64,000 nucleotides of DNA from Lachnospiraceae bacterium (GTDB lineage: Bacteria > Bacillota > Clostridia > Lachnospirales > Lachnospiraceae): the NCBI GenBank assembly GCA_014804645.1, contig JAAUZI010000049.1:1680-65679 (forward strand), in the 5' to 3' direction. Positions within the stretch are counted from its first letter, which is position 1. Every line of letters starts with the position of its first letter. The notes beneath the pieces were generated by a model, which had not been told where the DNA came from, searched no databases, and saw only the letters and a list, made by a program, of their open reading frames with translations. Shown in pieces: positions 10,829 to 21,576 of the stretch. A program made the translations under genes and the position numbers.

Positions 10829-11290
10829 ATGCGGATTAGAACAGCCAGGGAGGCGGGCAGAGCCATCCGGCGGGATTGGAACAATTATAAGATCGGTCTG
10901 CTGATTGCGGCGGCGATTGTGGTAGGAGCCAGTCTGCTGGGGCATGGCATATGTCCAAGCAGGGAACTGCTGGGGCTGCCCTGCCCCGGCTGCGGCATGA
11001 CCAGGAGTATTTTGCTGATCCTGCGAGGGCGGTTTCGGGAGAGCTGGCAGCTGCAGCCCTTCGGATATGCGTGGCTGGCGCTGGCAGCCGTGTTTGTGGT
11101 AGACCGCTACGTGCTGGAATCCCAGCAAAAGCTCTGGAAGAGGATGCTGGTGGCGGTCTGTGTGGGCATGATAATTCTATCCGGGTATAGAATGTTCACA
11201 ATGTTCCCTCACACGGAGCCGATGAACTATTACGAGGGAAATCTGTTTCGGCGGGCATATGGCTGGGGACAAAGTTTTGGCGGGCGTTAG
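10829..11290 (+). CDS. DUF2752-type membrane protein
   Basis: CP...LGLPCPGCGMTR motif with TM helices. Confidence 0.75.
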   Translation: MRIRTAREAGRAIRRDWNNYKIGLLIAAAIVVGASLLGHGICPSRELLGLPCPGCGMTRSILLILRGRFRESWQLQPFGYAWLALAAVFVVDRYVLESQQKLWKRMLVAVCVGMIILSGYRMFTMFPHTEPMNYYEGNLFRRAYGWGQSFGGR

Positions 11291-11301
11291 ACGCCCGCCA
11301 A
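11277..11301. terminator. Hairpin between convergent genes (likely bidirectional terminator)
   Basis: 11-bp stem TTGGCGGGCGT/ACGCCCGCCAA; loop is the TAG stop codon. Confidence 0.6.
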
Positions 11302-11349
11302 TATTATTTATTTTAACGGTTGGACAGCCAGCCTCCTTTGACAAGCTCG

Positions 11350-13149
11350 TTACTCATAGAGCCCCTCCAGCTCCTCGATCACCTGTCCGAACACATCCAG
11401 CGCATCCTGAATGGGCTGAGCGGTGGTGAGGTCCACGCCTGCGATCTTCAGCAGCTCTACCGGGGGCATGGAACTGCCGCCGGAGAGGAATTTCTTGTAG
11501 CGTTCCACAGCGGGAGCGCCCTCCTCGAGAATATTGTGGGCGACAGCCACGGCGGCAGAGAAGGACGTGGCGTACTGGTACACATAGAAATTGTAGTAAA
11601 AATGGGGAATGCGCGCCCACTCTACGCCGATCTCCGGGTCGGACACCATATCCGGGCCATAGTACTTGCAGTTCAGGTCATAGTACACCTTGGTCAGAGC
11701 CTCGGCAGTCAGACTCTGTCCCTCTTCCGCCATTTGATTGGTGATCATCTCATACTCTGCAAACATGGTCTGGCGGTACACGGTTCCCTTGAAACTATCC
11801 AGATAGTGGTTCAGCAGATAGGCCCGCTCTTTTTTGTCTGTGGTGTGAGCCAGCAGATACTCCATCAGCAGAATTTCGTTGCAGGTGGAGGCCACCTCGG
11901 CGACAAAGATCCGATAGTTTGCGTACATGGGCGGCTGGGCATGGTTGGAATGCCAGGTGTGCATAGAGTGTCCCATCTCATGGATCAGGGTGAACAGGTT
12001 GTCCATATTGCCGGTGTAGTTCAGCAGAATATAGGGGTAGCTGTCATAGGAGCCTGTGGAATAGGCGCCGCTGCGCTTTCCCTCATTCTCGTACACATCG
12101 ATCCAGCGGTTTTCAAAGCCTTCGCGCACCACCTTGAGGTAATCCTCTCCCAGGGGAGCGAGAGCTTTCAGCACGGTCTCTTTTGCCTCGGAAAAAGGAA
12201 TATCCTTGGACACGCCTGGAATAATGGGCGTGTAAATGTCGTACATATGCAGCTCGTCCACGCCCAGCAGACGCTTGCGCAGACGTACATAGCGGTGCAT
12301 TTTGTCCAGATTTTTATTCACGGTGTCTATCAGGTTGCGGTACACCTGGGAGGACACGTTCACTCTGTTTACGGCCGCCTCCAGAGTGTTGTCATAGTGG
12401 CGCGCCCGAGCGTTGAAAATCAGCTGTTTCACATGGCCGCTGTAAATGCTGGCCAGCGTGCGGGAGTACTGCTTATAGGTGCCGTACAGCTTTTCAAAGG
12501 TCTCCCTGCGGACACGGCGGTCAGAAGATTCCTCCAACGGCACAAAACGTCCGTGGGTAATCTGTACCATCTCGCCGTTCTCGTCCTCCACCTCAGGGAA
12601 CTTCAAATCGGCATTGCTGAAAATAGAGTAGGTCTGGTCGGGATTATTGCATATTTCCGATGCGTCCGCCAGCAGTTTCTCCATATCCTTGGACAAAATA
12701 TGGGGCTTTAAGCGCAGGGTATTCTCCAAATCGATCCGGTAATCCTCCAGCGCAGGGCACTGCCGGTAGTAATCCTCCAGCTGCGTCGGCTCCAGCTCTA
12801 AGATCTCGGGAGTGATGAAGGAAATGCTGCTCTCAATGCCCGCCTCAATGCTGAAAAAGCGCTGGCTCATCTCCTGGTGGGTGTCGTTGCCGGTGTCCTG
12901 GTCGCTGAGACAGGACACATACACGCCCAGGTGGCCCAGCTTGCGGTACAGGTCGGTCTGCTCCCGCAGAGTGTCAAGTAGATTCTGGGCGCTGTCGGAG
13001 GCGTGTCCCTCCCGGGCAGCCAGCTTTTTACCCATTTCCTGGGCCAGTTTCAAGTCCGCCTCCCAGGCGTCGCGGTCCGCGTACATCAGACTTAAGTTCC
13101 AGGTGTCCTCCACGGCCACCTGTTCTCTTTTAGGTAATGTTTTTGCCAT
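11350..13149 (-). CDS. pepF: Oligoendopeptidase F (M3B)
   Basis: HEMGH zinc motif, GKRSGAYS, AEVAST, WARIPHFYYNFYVYQYAT. Confidence 0.95.
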   Translation of the reverse strand: MAKTLPKREQVAVEDTWNLSLMYADRDAWEADLKLAQEMGKKLAAREGHASDSAQNLLDTLREQTDLYRKLGHLGVYVSCLSDQDTGNDTHQEMSQRFFSIEAGIESSISFITPEILELEPTQLEDYYRQCPALEDYRIDLENTLRLKPHILSKDMEKLLADASEICNNPDQTYSIFSNADLKFPEVEDENGEMVQITHGRFVPLEESSDRRVRRETFEKLYGTYKQYSRTLASIYSGHVKQLIFNARARHYDNTLEAAVNRVNVSSQVYRNLIDTVNKNLDKMHRYVRLRKRLLGVDELHMYDIYTPIIPGVSKDIPFSEAKETVLKALAPLGEDYLKVVREGFENRWIDVYENEGKRSGAYSTGSYDSYPYILLNYTGNMDNLFTLIHEMGHSMHTWHSNHAQPPMYANYRIFVAEVASTCNEILLMEYLLAHTTDKKERAYLLNHYLDSFKGTVYRQTMFAEYEMITNQMAEEGQSLTAEALTKVYYDLNCKYYGPDMVSDPEIGVEWARIPHFYYNFYVYQYATSFSAAVAVAHNILEEGAPAVERYKKFLSGGSSMPPVELLKIAGVDLTTAQPIQDALDVFGQVIEELEGLYE

Positions 13150-13247
13150 AGTGATTCCCCTTTTCTAAAAATTTTTTAGTATAACTCAATTTCATGCTCT
13201 TTGACACACTCTTTATTCGGAATGGTTAAACACAGAGCATTTTACTC

Positions 13248-13276
13248 ATTATAACACAGTCTGGAAAAATTATCTA
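13248..13276 (-). promoter_or_regulatory. Putative sigma-A promoter of pepF
   Basis: Minus strand TAGATA-N17-TATAAT with extended -10 TG. Confidence 0.55.
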
Positions 13277-13367
13277 TAAATTTATGCCCGAACGCATTCG
13301 GGAAAATCAGTAGACGAATTCTCCTATTTATGTTAAGATAGAAAAAAGCACTTATGAGGAGGACATT

Positions 13368-13976
13368 ATGGATTATAACAATCAGAACCCTTACGAGCAG
13401 AACAGCGGTACGGACCCTTACGGACAGAATAGCGGTACAAGCCCCTATGCACAGAGCGGTACGGATCCTTACGGACAGAACGGCGGTACAAGTCCTTATA
13501 CACAGAGCGGCACGCAGGACCCCTATGGACAGTCGAGTGCACAGCAGACTACATCGTCGCAGGGGGCATATAGCCAGGGAACCCAGGACAGCGTGCAGAA
13601 TTCCTACTATCAGAGCTCTTATCAGCAGAGCCCCTATCAGCAAAGCGGTTACCAGCAAAGCAGCTATCAACAGAGCAGCTACCAGCAGCCTCAATATCAG
13701 AGCTACCAGAACTATCAGACTTATCAGACCTACCAGAACAGTGGCGAGCTGGAGGAGCCGATGTCGCTTAAGGAGTGGTTGATCACGGATTTGCTGTTGA
13801 TGATTCCCTGCGCGAATTTAATATTGATTTTTGTGTGGGCATTCAGCAGCAGTGAGAAGAAGAGCAAATCCAATTTCTTTAAAGCACAGTTGATTTTTAT
13901 GGGCTGTATTTTAGCCTTTTATCTGTTATTGATCATAATCGGAGTGGGAGCGGGTTTTGCCTCAATGTTCTACTAA
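13368..13976 (+). CDS. Membrane protein with Q/Y/S-rich repetitive N-terminus
   Basis: RBS GAGGAGG; SGTxPYxQ and YQQS repeats; two C-terminal hydrophobic segments. Confidence 0.8.
   Translation: MDYNNQNPYEQNSGTDPYGQNSGTSPYAQSGTDPYGQNGGTSPYTQSGTQDPYGQSSAQQTTSSQGAYSQGTQDSVQNSYYQSSYQQSPYQQSGYQQSSYQQSSYQQPQYQSYQNYQTYQTYQNSGELEEPMSLKEWLITDLLLMIPCANLILIFVWAFSSSEKKSKSNFFKAQLIFMGCILAFYLLLIIIGVGAGFASMFY
13386..13738 (+). repeat. Coding tandem repeats (24-27-nt SGTxPYxQ units, then 15-nt YQQSx and 9-nt YQT units)
   Basis: Repeated agcggtacgga/ccttacggacag and taccagca units. Confidence 0.75.
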
Positions 13977-13987
13977 ACAGCATAAAC

Positions 13988-14020
13988 AACCCCGGTGTGG
14001 AACGCTGCACCGGGGTTTTT
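13988..14020. terminator. Intrinsic terminator between convergent genes
   Basis: AACCCCGGTG/CACCGGGGTT stem followed by T tract. Confidence 0.75.
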
Positions 14021-14049
14021 GACGTATATGGGGTAGCTGTTAGCTGTTG

Positions 14050-14973
14050 TCAACCCCCTGTCCATCTGCAGGAGGCGCCGCAGGGCAGAACCAGTCCCGT
14101 GCCGGTGACGGGCAAACCGATCTCCTCTGCCTCCACCCGGCCGCCCAGAGTGGCGGTCAGTGCTGTGTTTGCCATGTAGGACAGCACTGCAGGCTGCAGA
14201 CCGGTGGTGTAGGAATTGATCAGGAAAAACAGGGCGTTCCGGGACAGGAGCTGGCTGGTCAGCTGTAGAAAGGGCCAGATGCTCTCCTCGATTTTCCAGA
14301 TCTCACCCTTGGGACCTCTGCCGTAGGAGGGCGGGTCCATGATGATGCCGTCATACTTATTGCCTCGGCGGATTTCCCTTTCCACGAATTTGACGCAGTC
14401 GTCCACCAGCCAGCGTATGGGGGCGTTTCCCAGGCCGGAGGAAACCGCGTTCTCCCGCGCCCAGCCCACCATGCCCTTGGAGGCGTCCACATGAGTGACC
14501 TGCGCGCCGGCGGCGGCCGCCGCCAGGGTAGCTCCTCCGGTGTAGGCAAAAAGGTTCAGCACTTTTACGGGCCGTTCTGCATCAGAGCGCCTTGCGCTCT
14601 CGATCAGCTGTGAGAACCAGTCCCAGTTTACGGCCTGCTCTGGGAATAGACCTGTATGCTTAAAACTGAAAGGCTTTAGATGGAAAGTCAGGTGATCCCC
14701 GCAAGTGGCCTTATAACCGCCTTGTTGGAGGCAGGGCAGAGGATAGGAGATGCTCCACTCGTCTGGGAGATTGAAAAACTCCCATTCCCCGCCCCCTTTG
14801 GCGCTGCGATGGTAATGCCCGTTCTTTTTCTTCCATCCCTCATGATCGCGGGGCGTCCCCCATATAACCTGCGGGTCTGGCCGCACCAGGATATATTTGC
14901 CCCAGCGCTCCAGCTTTTCCCCGGCGGAGGTGTCCAGCACCTCATAGTCTTTCCAGTTGTCTGCAATCCACAT
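14050..14973 (-). CDS. Class I SAM-dependent methyltransferase (RlmI/RlmK-like)
   Basis: HTGLFPEQ, VLNLFAYTGG, MDPPSYG motifs. Confidence 0.85.
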   Translation of the reverse strand: MWIADNWKDYEVLDTSAGEKLERWGKYILVRPDPQVIWGTPRDHEGWKKKNGHYHRSAKGGGEWEFFNLPDEWSISYPLPCLQQGGYKATCGDHLTFHLKPFSFKHTGLFPEQAVNWDWFSQLIESARRSDAERPVKVLNLFAYTGGATLAAAAAGAQVTHVDASKGMVGWARENAVSSGLGNAPIRWLVDDCVKFVEREIRRGNKYDGIIMDPPSYGRGPKGEIWKIEESIWPFLQLTSQLLSRNALFFLINSYTTGLQPAVLSYMANTALTATLGGRVEAEEIGLPVTGTGLVLPCGASCRWTGG

Positions 14974-15087
14974 AATCGATTCCTTTTCTTCTATATATAA
15001 TGTAGAACCTTGATCTCATGCGTTTCAGCGCATATACAGTTCAGAAGAGTTAAATGCGGAGCATTTTACTCATAGAACCACGTGTCT

Positions 15088-15116
15088 ACTATACACTAAT
15101 CCGGGAGATTTTACAA
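15088..15116 (-). promoter_or_regulatory. Putative sigma-A promoter of the methyltransferase gene
   Basis: Minus strand TTGTAA-N17-TATAGT. Confidence 0.5.
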
Positions 15117-15186
15117 TTAGAAGATGTCTTTGGGCAGTTCTCTACAGTTTTGTATTCAAAAAAATACAATATTTTCAAAAAAACTC

Positions 15187-15215
15187 TTGCAATGCTGAAA
15201 ATTCCCATGTATACT
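15187..15215 (+). promoter_or_regulatory. Sigma-A promoter of the S10 operon
   Basis: TTGCAA-N17-TATACT preceded by A-rich UP-like tract. Confidence 0.8.
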
Positions 15216-15221
15216 ACTAAT

Positions 15222-15540
15222 TGCTGTGGCATGATAGCTGTGAAGCGTGAGGTTGCTGTCAGTCAGCAATGGCGGACAGGTTTTCCGTGGAGCGAATGTC
15301 AAGTTAGGAAACTGACGACAAGTCACTGTACCAAGTTATGTCTGTCTCAGGACAGAAACGACGTGAGAGTAGTAAACAGGTTTTACCTCGCTGTGAAATG
15401 AGCCGGAGAGAAGAAAGCGTTGCGTGAAGGCTTAGGACACACACGGGAGAGTGTACAGTCACCGCTTGTCGTACTTATAGTAAACGGCAGAATGCCGTTA
15501 ACTATACAACAAAAAGTGCGAAAAGGAGGCGACTTTTTTT
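15222..15540 (+). ncRNA. Long structured rpsJ 5' leader (candidate S10-Clostridia-type ribosomal leader)
   Basis: About 320 nt between promoter and rpsJ with several hairpins; family assigned from position only. Confidence 0.5.
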
Positions 15541-15858
15541 ATGGCAAGTCAGGTAATGAGAATCACACTCAAGGCTTACGATCATCAGCTTGTTGATGCA
15601 TCCGCCAAAAAGATCATCGAAACAGTTAAGAAGAACGGTTCCCAGGTGAGCGGCCCGGTGCCCCTTCCTACTAAGAAGGAAGTGGTAACTATTCTGAGAG
15701 CGGTACACAAGTACAAGGACTCCAGAGAGCAGTTCGAGCAGAGAACCCACAAGAGACTGATCGATATCATTACCCCGACCCAGAAGACAGTTGATGCGCT
15801 GCAGAGACTGGAAATGCCGGCCGGTGTGTACATTGACATCAAGATGAAGACCAAGTAA
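15541..15858 (+). CDS. rpsJ: 30S ribosomal protein S10
   Basis: [18 protein letters not shown]. Confidence 0.98.
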   Translation: MASQVMRITLKAYDHQLVDASAKKIIETVKKNGSQVSGPVPLPTKKEVVTILRAVHKYKDSREQFEQRTHKRLIDIITPTQKTVDALQRLEMPAGVYIDIKMKTK

Positions 15859-15944
15859 TCAGACAGTAAAACCCGGGGTTCAAACCCCATATCCCCTACT
15901 AGTATGGACTTGTTGCGAGAGTGTACAGATAACCCATTGGCCTC

Positions 15945-15998
15945 GCAGATTGCGTCGAAGATGCAATCTGCCGCAGTTGCATCGAAGATGCAATCTGC
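15945..15998. repeat. Tandem pair of palindromic hairpins
   Basis: GCAGATTGCGTC-GAA-GATGCAATCTGC followed by GCAGTTGCATC-GAA-GATGCAATCTGC. Confidence 0.8.
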
Positions 15999-16030
15999 AA
16001 GTCCCGCTGTAGAGTAATTAGGAGGAAAAC

Positions 16031-16714
16031 ATGAAGAAAGCAATTTTAGCAACAAAAGTCGGAATGACTCAAATCTTCAACGAAGACGGTGTGCTGGTTC
16101 CCGTCACCGTACTCCAGGCTGGTCCTTGTGTGGTAACACAGATCAAGACCGTGGAGAACGACGGTTACAGCGCAGTACAGGTTGGCTTTGTGGATAAGAA
16201 GGACAGAATTGTCAACAAGGATGCCACCGGCAAGAAGGAAGTAATCCACAGACATGGCGTCAACAAGGCGGAGCAGGGCCACTTTAAGAAAGCAGGCGTA
16301 AGCTCCAAGAGATATGTGAGAGAGTTCAAGTTTGACAACGCCGAGGAGTATACTCTGGGCGGCGAGATTAAGGCAGACATTTTTGAGGTGGGCGACAAGG
16401 TGGACGCCTCCGCCATTTCCAAGGGCAAAGGTTTCCAGGGCGCCATCAAGAGACTGGGCCAGCACAGAGGACCCATGAAGCACGGTTCCAAGTTCCATCG
16501 CCATCAGGGTTCCAACGGTGCATGTTCCTCTCCCAGCCGTGTGTTCAAGGGCAAGGGAATGCCCGGACATATGGGCCATGTGAAGGTGACGGTTCAGAAC
16601 CTGGAGATCGTGAGAGTGGATGCTGAGAAGAATCTGCTGCTGGTAAAAGGTGCTGTTCCCGGACCCAAGAAGGCATTAGTAACCATCAAAGAGACCGTCA
16701 AGGTTGAAGCATAG
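16031..16714 (+). CDS. rplC: 50S ribosomal protein L3
   Basis: [24 protein letters not shown]. Confidence 0.98.
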   Translation: MKKAILATKVGMTQIFNEDGVLVPVTVLQAGPCVVTQIKTVENDGYSAVQVGFVDKKDRIVNKDATGKKEVIHRHGVNKAEQGHFKKAGVSSKRYVREFKFDNAEEYTLGGEIKADIFEVGDKVDASAISKGKGFQGAIKRLGQHRGPMKHGSKFHRHQGSNGACSSPSRVFKGKGMPGHMGHVKVTVQNLEIVRVDAEKNLLLVKGAVPGPKKALVTIKETVKVEA

Positions 16715-16740
16715 TTTAAGACGGAAGGAGGACCAATCAG

Positions 16741-17361
16741 ATGGCAAACGTATCTGTTTTTAATATGGAAGGCAAGGAAGTTGGTACAATCGAATTAAAC
16801 GATGCAGTGTTTGGTGTGGAGATCAATGAGCACTTGGTACACATGGCAGTTGTACAGCAGCTTGCAAACAATCGTCAGGGTACGCAGAAGGCGAAGACCC
16901 GTTCCGAGGTATCCGGCGGCGGCAGAAAGCCCTGGAGACAGAAGGGAACCGGTCATGCAAGACAGGGTTCAACCAGAGCACCCCAGTGGAAGGGCGGCGG
17001 CATGGTGTTCGCACCCGTGCCCAGAGACTACTCTTTCAAGATGAATAAGAAAGAGAAGAGAGCGGCTTTGAAGTCCGCACTGACCAGCAAGGTGCAGGAT
17101 ACCAGACTGATCGTTATAGATGAGTTGAAGTTCGATGAGATCAAGACCAAGAACTTTGTCAATGTGATGAACAATCTGAAGGTAAGCAAGGGCCTGGTGG
17201 TTTTGGCCGAGAATGATGAGAACGTGGTTATGTCTGCCAGAAACGTGGCTGATGTGAACACCACTCTGGTAAACACCATCAATGTATATGACGTGATGAA
17301 GGCTAACACCCTGGTACTGACCAAGGATGCCGTAGCGAAGATCGAGGAGGTGTACGCATAA
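16741..17361 (+). CDS. rplD: 50S ribosomal protein L4
   Basis: [19 protein letters not shown]. Confidence 0.98.
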   Translation: MANVSVFNMEGKEVGTIELNDAVFGVEINEHLVHMAVVQQLANNRQGTQKAKTRSEVSGGGRKPWRQKGTGHARQGSTRAPQWKGGGMVFAPVPRDYSFKMNKKEKRAALKSALTSKVQDTRLIVIDELKFDEIKTKNFVNVMNNLKVSKGLVVLAENDENVVMSARNVADVNTTLVNTINVYDVMKANTLVLTKDAVAKIEEVYA

Positions 17362-17660
17362 TGGCTGATATTAAATACTATGACGTAATCCTCAAACCGG
17401 TTGTTACCGAGAAGAGTATGGCCGGTATGGGCGAGAAGAAATATACTTTTCTGGTTCATACAGAGGCAAACAAGTCTCAGATCAAGGAAGCCGTTGAGAA
17501 GATGTTCGAGGGCACCAAGGTAAAGAGTGTCAACACTATGAACTACGACGGCAAGAAGAAGAGACGTGGAATGGTGGTTGGCAGAACCGCCAAGACCAAG
17601 AAAGCGATTGTAACCCTCACTGAGGACAGCAAGGATATTGAGATTTTTGCGGGCCTTTGA
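17361..17660 (+). CDS. rplW: 50S ribosomal protein L23
   Basis: [25 protein letters not shown]. Confidence 0.98.
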   Translation: MADIKYYDVILKPVVTEKSMAGMGEKKYTFLVHTEANKSQIKEAVEKMFEGTKVKSVNTMNYDGKKKRRGMVVGRTAKTKKAIVTLTEDSKDIEIFAGL

Positions 17661-17744
17661 GAAGGTCGAAATTCTAAGGCGCCGAAGTACGCCGCCTAAG
17701 AATTTCTGACCATCTCATGCAAGAATTGCTTGGGCAATTCTTGC
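17658..17744 (+). ncRNA. Structured intergenic RNA motif, copy 1 (rplW-rplB)
   Basis: GAAATTCT-A-AGGCGCC-GAAGTAC-GCCGCCT-A-AGAATTTC then GCAAGAATTGC/GCAATTCTTGC hairpin. Confidence 0.7.
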
Positions 17745-17852
17745 GGGGTACTGGCAACTTAGGGCTTTTTTGAGAGTAAGTTGCAAACGGATTAAGGTAT
17801 GCGGCGCGGATGGCGCTGCGCAAAAAATCATTGAAGAAAAGGAGATAGAAAG

Positions 17853-18692
17853 ATGGGAATTAAGACATATAATCCCTATACACCTTCCAGACGTAATATG
17901 ACCGGTTCCGATTTTTCCGAGATCACAAAAACGACTCCCGAGAAAAAACTCTGCTATTCGCTGAAGAAGAACGCAGGTCGTAACAATCAGGGTAAGATCA
18001 CTGTAAGACATCAGGGTGGTGGTGTCAGAAGACAGTACAGAATAGTTGATTTCAAGAGAAACAAGGACGGCATTCCCGCAACGGTTGTCGGCATTGAGTA
18101 TGATCCCAACAGAACAGCCAACATTGCGCTGATCTGCTATGCGGACGGTACCAAGTCCTATATTATTGCTCCCGAGGGGCTGACAGACGGCATGAAAGTT
18201 ATGAACGGTCCCGAGGCGGAGGTAAGAGTGGGCAACTGCCTGCCTCTGTCCGAGATTCCTGTCGGTACTCAGGTGCACAACATTGAGTTATATCCCGGCA
18301 AGGGCGGCCAGCTGGTTCGTTCCGCCGGTAACAGCGCACAGTTGATGGCTAAGGAAGGCAAGTACGCAACCCTGCGTCTTCCCTCCGGAGAGATGAGAAT
18401 GGTTCCGCTGGTCTGCCGTGCGACAGTCGGTATTGTGGGCAATGTGGACCACAGCCTGATCAAGATCGGTAAAGCAGGACGTAAGCGTCACATGGGTATC
18501 CGTCCCACTGTCCGCGGTGCCGTTATGAACCCCAACGACCATCCTCATGGCGGTGGTGAGGGTAAGAACGGTATTGGACGTCCCGGTCCCAGCACTCCTT
18601 GGGGCAAGCCTGCTCTGGGCCTGAAGACCCGCAAGAAGAAGGCGTCCGATAAGCTGATCGTGAGAAGACGTAACGGTAAGGCAATTAAGTAA
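17853..18692 (+). CDS. rplB: 50S ribosomal protein L2
   Basis: [22 protein letters not shown]. Confidence 0.98.
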   Translation: MGIKTYNPYTPSRRNMTGSDFSEITKTTPEKKLCYSLKKNAGRNNQGKITVRHQGGGVRRQYRIVDFKRNKDGIPATVVGIEYDPNRTANIALICYADGTKSYIIAPEGLTDGMKVMNGPEAEVRVGNCLPLSEIPVGTQVHNIELYPGKGGQLVRSAGNSAQLMAKEGKYATLRLPSGEMRMVPLVCRATVGIVGNVDHSLIKIGKAGRKRHMGIRPTVRGAVMNPNDHPHGGGEGKNGIGRPGPSTPWGKPALGLKTRKKKASDKLIVRRRNGKAIK

Positions 18693-18726
18693 TGGGTTAT
18701 GGAACTCTAAATAGGAGGAAAGATAA

Positions 18727-19008
18727 ATGGCTAGATCACTGAAAAAAGGACCTTTCGCTGATGAAAGTTTGCTGAAAAAGGTAGATGCGATGAACGCTTC
18801 CGGACAGAAGTCTGTTATCAAGACATGGTCCCGCCGTTCTACGATTTTCCCTTCTTTCGTCGGACACACCATTGCTGTTCACGATGGAAGAAAGCATGTG
18901 CCTGTATATGTGACTGAGGATATGGTTGGCCATAAGCTGGGCGAGTTCGTTGCCACAAGAACGTACCGCGGCCACGGCAAGGATGAGAAAAAGTCCAAGG
19001 TCAGATAA
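18727..19008 (+). CDS. rpsS: 30S ribosomal protein S19
   Basis: [17 protein letters not shown]. Confidence 0.98.
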   Translation: MARSLKKGPFADESLLKKVDAMNASGQKSVIKTWSRRSTIFPSFVGHTIAVHDGRKHVPVYVTEDMVGHKLGEFVATRTYRGHGKDEKKSKVR

Positions 19009-19022
19009 GTATGGCGTATCAA

Positions 19023-19150
19023 TAACGCATGGCTGCCCGGGAGGGTGGCCAACCCCTGCAGTGGGCGAGAGCACGGGAGCTTGTACCCGGCTTGCCGTCT
19101 GCGGGAATAGATACTGGTCTGTCTGCGGCGGAGCCGTAGCAGATGCGTTA
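19023..19150 (+). other. GC-rich multi-branched structure between rpsS and rplV
   Basis: Closing stem TAACGCAT/ATGCGTTA enclosing several hairpins. Confidence 0.55.
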
Positions 19151-19175
19151 ACTTGAAAATAGGAGGAAATTATCT

Positions 19176-19562
19176 ATGGCTAAAGGACATAGAAGTCAGA
19201 TCAAGAGAGAGAGAAACGCCCAGAAGGACACAAGACCCTCTGCAAAGTTGTCTTATGCAAGAATCCCTGTCCAAAAGGCATGTTTCGTATTGGACGCCAT
19301 CAGAGGCAAGGATGTGCAGACTGCCTTGGGTATTCTGGCATACAATCCCAGATATGCTTCCAGCGTAATTGAGAAACTGCTGAAGTCTGCAATCGCCAAT
19401 GCGGAGAACAACAATGGTATGAATACCGAGAACCTGTATATCGCAGAGTGCTATGCAAACAACGGACCGATCATGAAGAGAGTTAAACCGAGAGCACGGG
19501 GCAGCGCTTATAGAATCGAGAAGAGAATGAGCCATATCACCATCGTGCTTGACGAGAAATAG
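19176..19562 (+). CDS. rplV: 50S ribosomal protein L22
   Basis: [20 protein letters not shown]; basic N-terminal extension. Confidence 0.97.
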   Translation: MAKGHRSQIKRERNAQKDTRPSAKLSYARIPVQKACFVLDAIRGKDVQTALGILAYNPRYASSVIEKLLKSAIANAENNNGMNTENLYIAECYANNGPIMKRVKPRARGSAYRIEKRMSHITIVLDEK

Positions 19563-19573
19563 GAGGAAGAATT

Positions 19574-20233
19574 ATGGGACAGAAAGTTAATCCTCACGGC
19601 TTGAGAGTCGGCGTTATTAAGGATTGGGATTCCAAGTGGTACGCTGATGCAGAGTTCTCCGAATATCTGGTGGAGGACTACAACATCAGAGAGTTTTTAA
19701 AGAAGAAATTATACAGCGCAGGTGTGTCCAAGATCGAGATCGAGAGAGCATCTGACAGAGTGAAGGTTGTCATCTACACCGCAAAGCCCGGCGTGGTAAT
19801 CGGCAAGGGCGGCGCTGAGATCGAGATCACCAAGCAGGAGCTGGCCAAGATCACCGACAAGAAGGTGATGGTTGACATCAAGGAGATCAAGAGACCGGAC
19901 AAGGACGCGCAGCTGGTTGCCGAGAACATTGCGCAGCAGCTGGAGAACCGTGTATCCTTCAGACGTGCCATGAAGTCCTGCATGGGCAGAACCATGAAGG
20001 CCGGCGCTCTGGGTATCAAGGCTGCATGTGCCGGACGTCTGGGCGGCGCTGATATTGCGCGTACCGAGTTCTACAGCGAGGGCACAATTCCCCTGCAGAC
20101 ACTGAGAGCAGACATCGACTACGGTTTTGCTGAGGCAGATACCACCTACGGTAAGGTTGGTGTCAAGGTTTGGATTTATAAAGGCGAGATTCTTCCTACA
20201 AAAGGAGAGCCGGTGGAAGGGAGCGATAAATAA
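19574..20233 (+). CDS. rpsC: 30S ribosomal protein S3
   Basis: [22 protein letters not shown]. Confidence 0.98.
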   Translation: MGQKVNPHGLRVGVIKDWDSKWYADAEFSEYLVEDYNIREFLKKKLYSAGVSKIEIERASDRVKVVIYTAKPGVVIGKGGAEIEITKQELAKITDKKVMVDIKEIKRPDKDAQLVAENIAQQLENRVSFRRAMKSCMGRTMKAGALGIKAACAGRLGGADIARTEFYSEGTIPLQTLRADIDYGFAEADTTYGKVGVKVWIYKGEILPTKGEPVEGSDK

Positions 20234-20661
20234 TGTTAATGCCGAAGAGAGTAAAGCGTCGTAAACAGTTCCGTGGCACCATGGCCGGTAAGGCTATGAG
20301 AGGAAACACCCTTACCTATGGTGAGTACGGTCTAGTAGCAACAGAGCCTTGCTGGATCAAGTCCAATCAGATCGAGGCGGCCCGTATTGCACTTACCCGT
20401 TATACAAAGCGTACCGGTAAGGTCTGGATCAAGATTTTCCCGGATAAGCCCGTAACTGCAAAGCCTGCTGAGACCCGTATGGGTTCCGGTAAAGGTACTT
20501 TGGAATATTGGGTAGCAGTTGTCAAGCCCGGACGTGTGATGTTTGAGATCGCTGGTGTTCCCGAGGCAGATGCCCGCGAAGCATTACGTCTTGCTATGCA
20601 CAAGCTTCCCTGCAAGTGTAAGATCGTGTCGAAAGCAGATCTGGAAGGCGGTGTATCATAA
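20233..20661 (+). CDS. rplP: 50S ribosomal protein L16
   Basis: [15 protein letters not shown]. Confidence 0.98.
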   Translation: MLMPKRVKRRKQFRGTMAGKAMRGNTLTYGEYGLVATEPCWIKSNQIEAARIALTRYTKRTGKVWIKIFPDKPVTAKPAETRMGSGKGTLEYWVAVVKPGRVMFEIAGVPEADAREALRLAMHKLPCKCKIVSKADLEGGVS

Positions 20662-20864
20662 TGAAGACTAATAAGTATGTTGAGGATTTACAGACCAAGT
20701 CTGAGGCAGAGCTGAACCAGGAGCTGGTCGCTGCCAAGAAAGAACTTTTCAATTTGAGATTCCAGAACGCTACCAACCAGCTGGATAACACGGCAAGGAT
20801 CAAGGAAGTAAGAAAGAACATTGCCCGTATCCAGACTGTAATCACCCAGAAAGCCAGAGCATAA
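20661..20864 (+). CDS. rpmC: 50S ribosomal protein L29
   Basis: [17 protein letters not shown]. Confidence 0.97.
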   Translation: MKTNKYVEDLQTKSEAELNQELVAAKKELFNLRFQNATNQLDNTARIKEVRKNIARIQTVITQKARA

Positions 20865-20892
20865 GTAGCGGACGAAGAAAGGAGAATCTGTC

Positions 20893-21147
20893 GTGGAAAG
20901 AAATTTGAGAAAACAGCGTACTGGCAAGGTTGTCAGTAATAAGATGGATAAGACAATCGTTGTTGCAATCGAGAACCGTGTAAAGCATCCCCTTTACAAG
21001 AAGGTTGTGAAGAGCACCTACAAGCTGAAAGCTCATGATGAGAACAATGAGTGCAACATCGGTGACACTGTGAGAGTGATGGAGACGAGACCCCTGTCCA
21101 AGGATAAGAGGTGGAGACTTGTCGAGATCGTAGAGAGAGCAAAATAA
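20893..21147 (+). CDS. rpsQ: 30S ribosomal protein S17 (GTG start)
   Basis: [15 protein letters not shown]. Confidence 0.97.
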   Translation: MERNLRKQRTGKVVSNKMDKTIVVAIENRVKHPLYKKVVKSTYKLKAHDENNECNIGDTVRVMETRPLSKDKRWRLVEIVERAK

Positions 21148-21195
21148 TTGTGCGGATAGATATCTATCTCACAGATATTTGGAAGGAGAATTAAC

Positions 21196-21564
21196 ATGAT
21201 TCAGCAGGAAACCAGACTGAAGGTTGCCGATAATACCGGTGCGAAAGAACTTCTTTGCATTCGTGTTATGGGCGGCTCCACAAGAAGATATGCACAGATC
21301 GGCGATGTGATTGTTGCTTCGGTTAAAGATGCAACACCTGGCGGCGTTGTAAAGAAGGGTGATGTCGTTAAGGCAGTGGTAGTCCGTTCTGTAAAGGGCG
21401 CCCGTCGTAAGGACGGCTCCTACATTAAATTTGATGAGAACGCAGCAGTAATCATCAAGGATGACAAGACACCCAGAGGAACTCGTATCTTTGGGCCGGT
21501 AGCGAGAGAGCTTCGTGAGAAACAGTTCATGAAGATCGTTTCCCTGGCTCCCGAAGTATTGTAA
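21196..21564 (+). CDS. rplN: 50S ribosomal protein L14
   Basis: [23 protein letters not shown]. Confidence 0.98.
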   Translation: MIQQETRLKVADNTGAKELLCIRVMGGSTRRYAQIGDVIVASVKDATPGGVVKKGDVVKAVVVRSVKGARRKDGSYIKFDENAAVIIKDDKTPRGTRIFGPVARELREKQFMKIVSLAPEVL

Positions 21565-21576
21565 GGAGGTGCGGCA

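Noticed and set aside
15054-15401. 115-aa ORF across the S10 promoter/leader
   Set aside because: Overlaps promoters and the structured leader; no RBS or motif.
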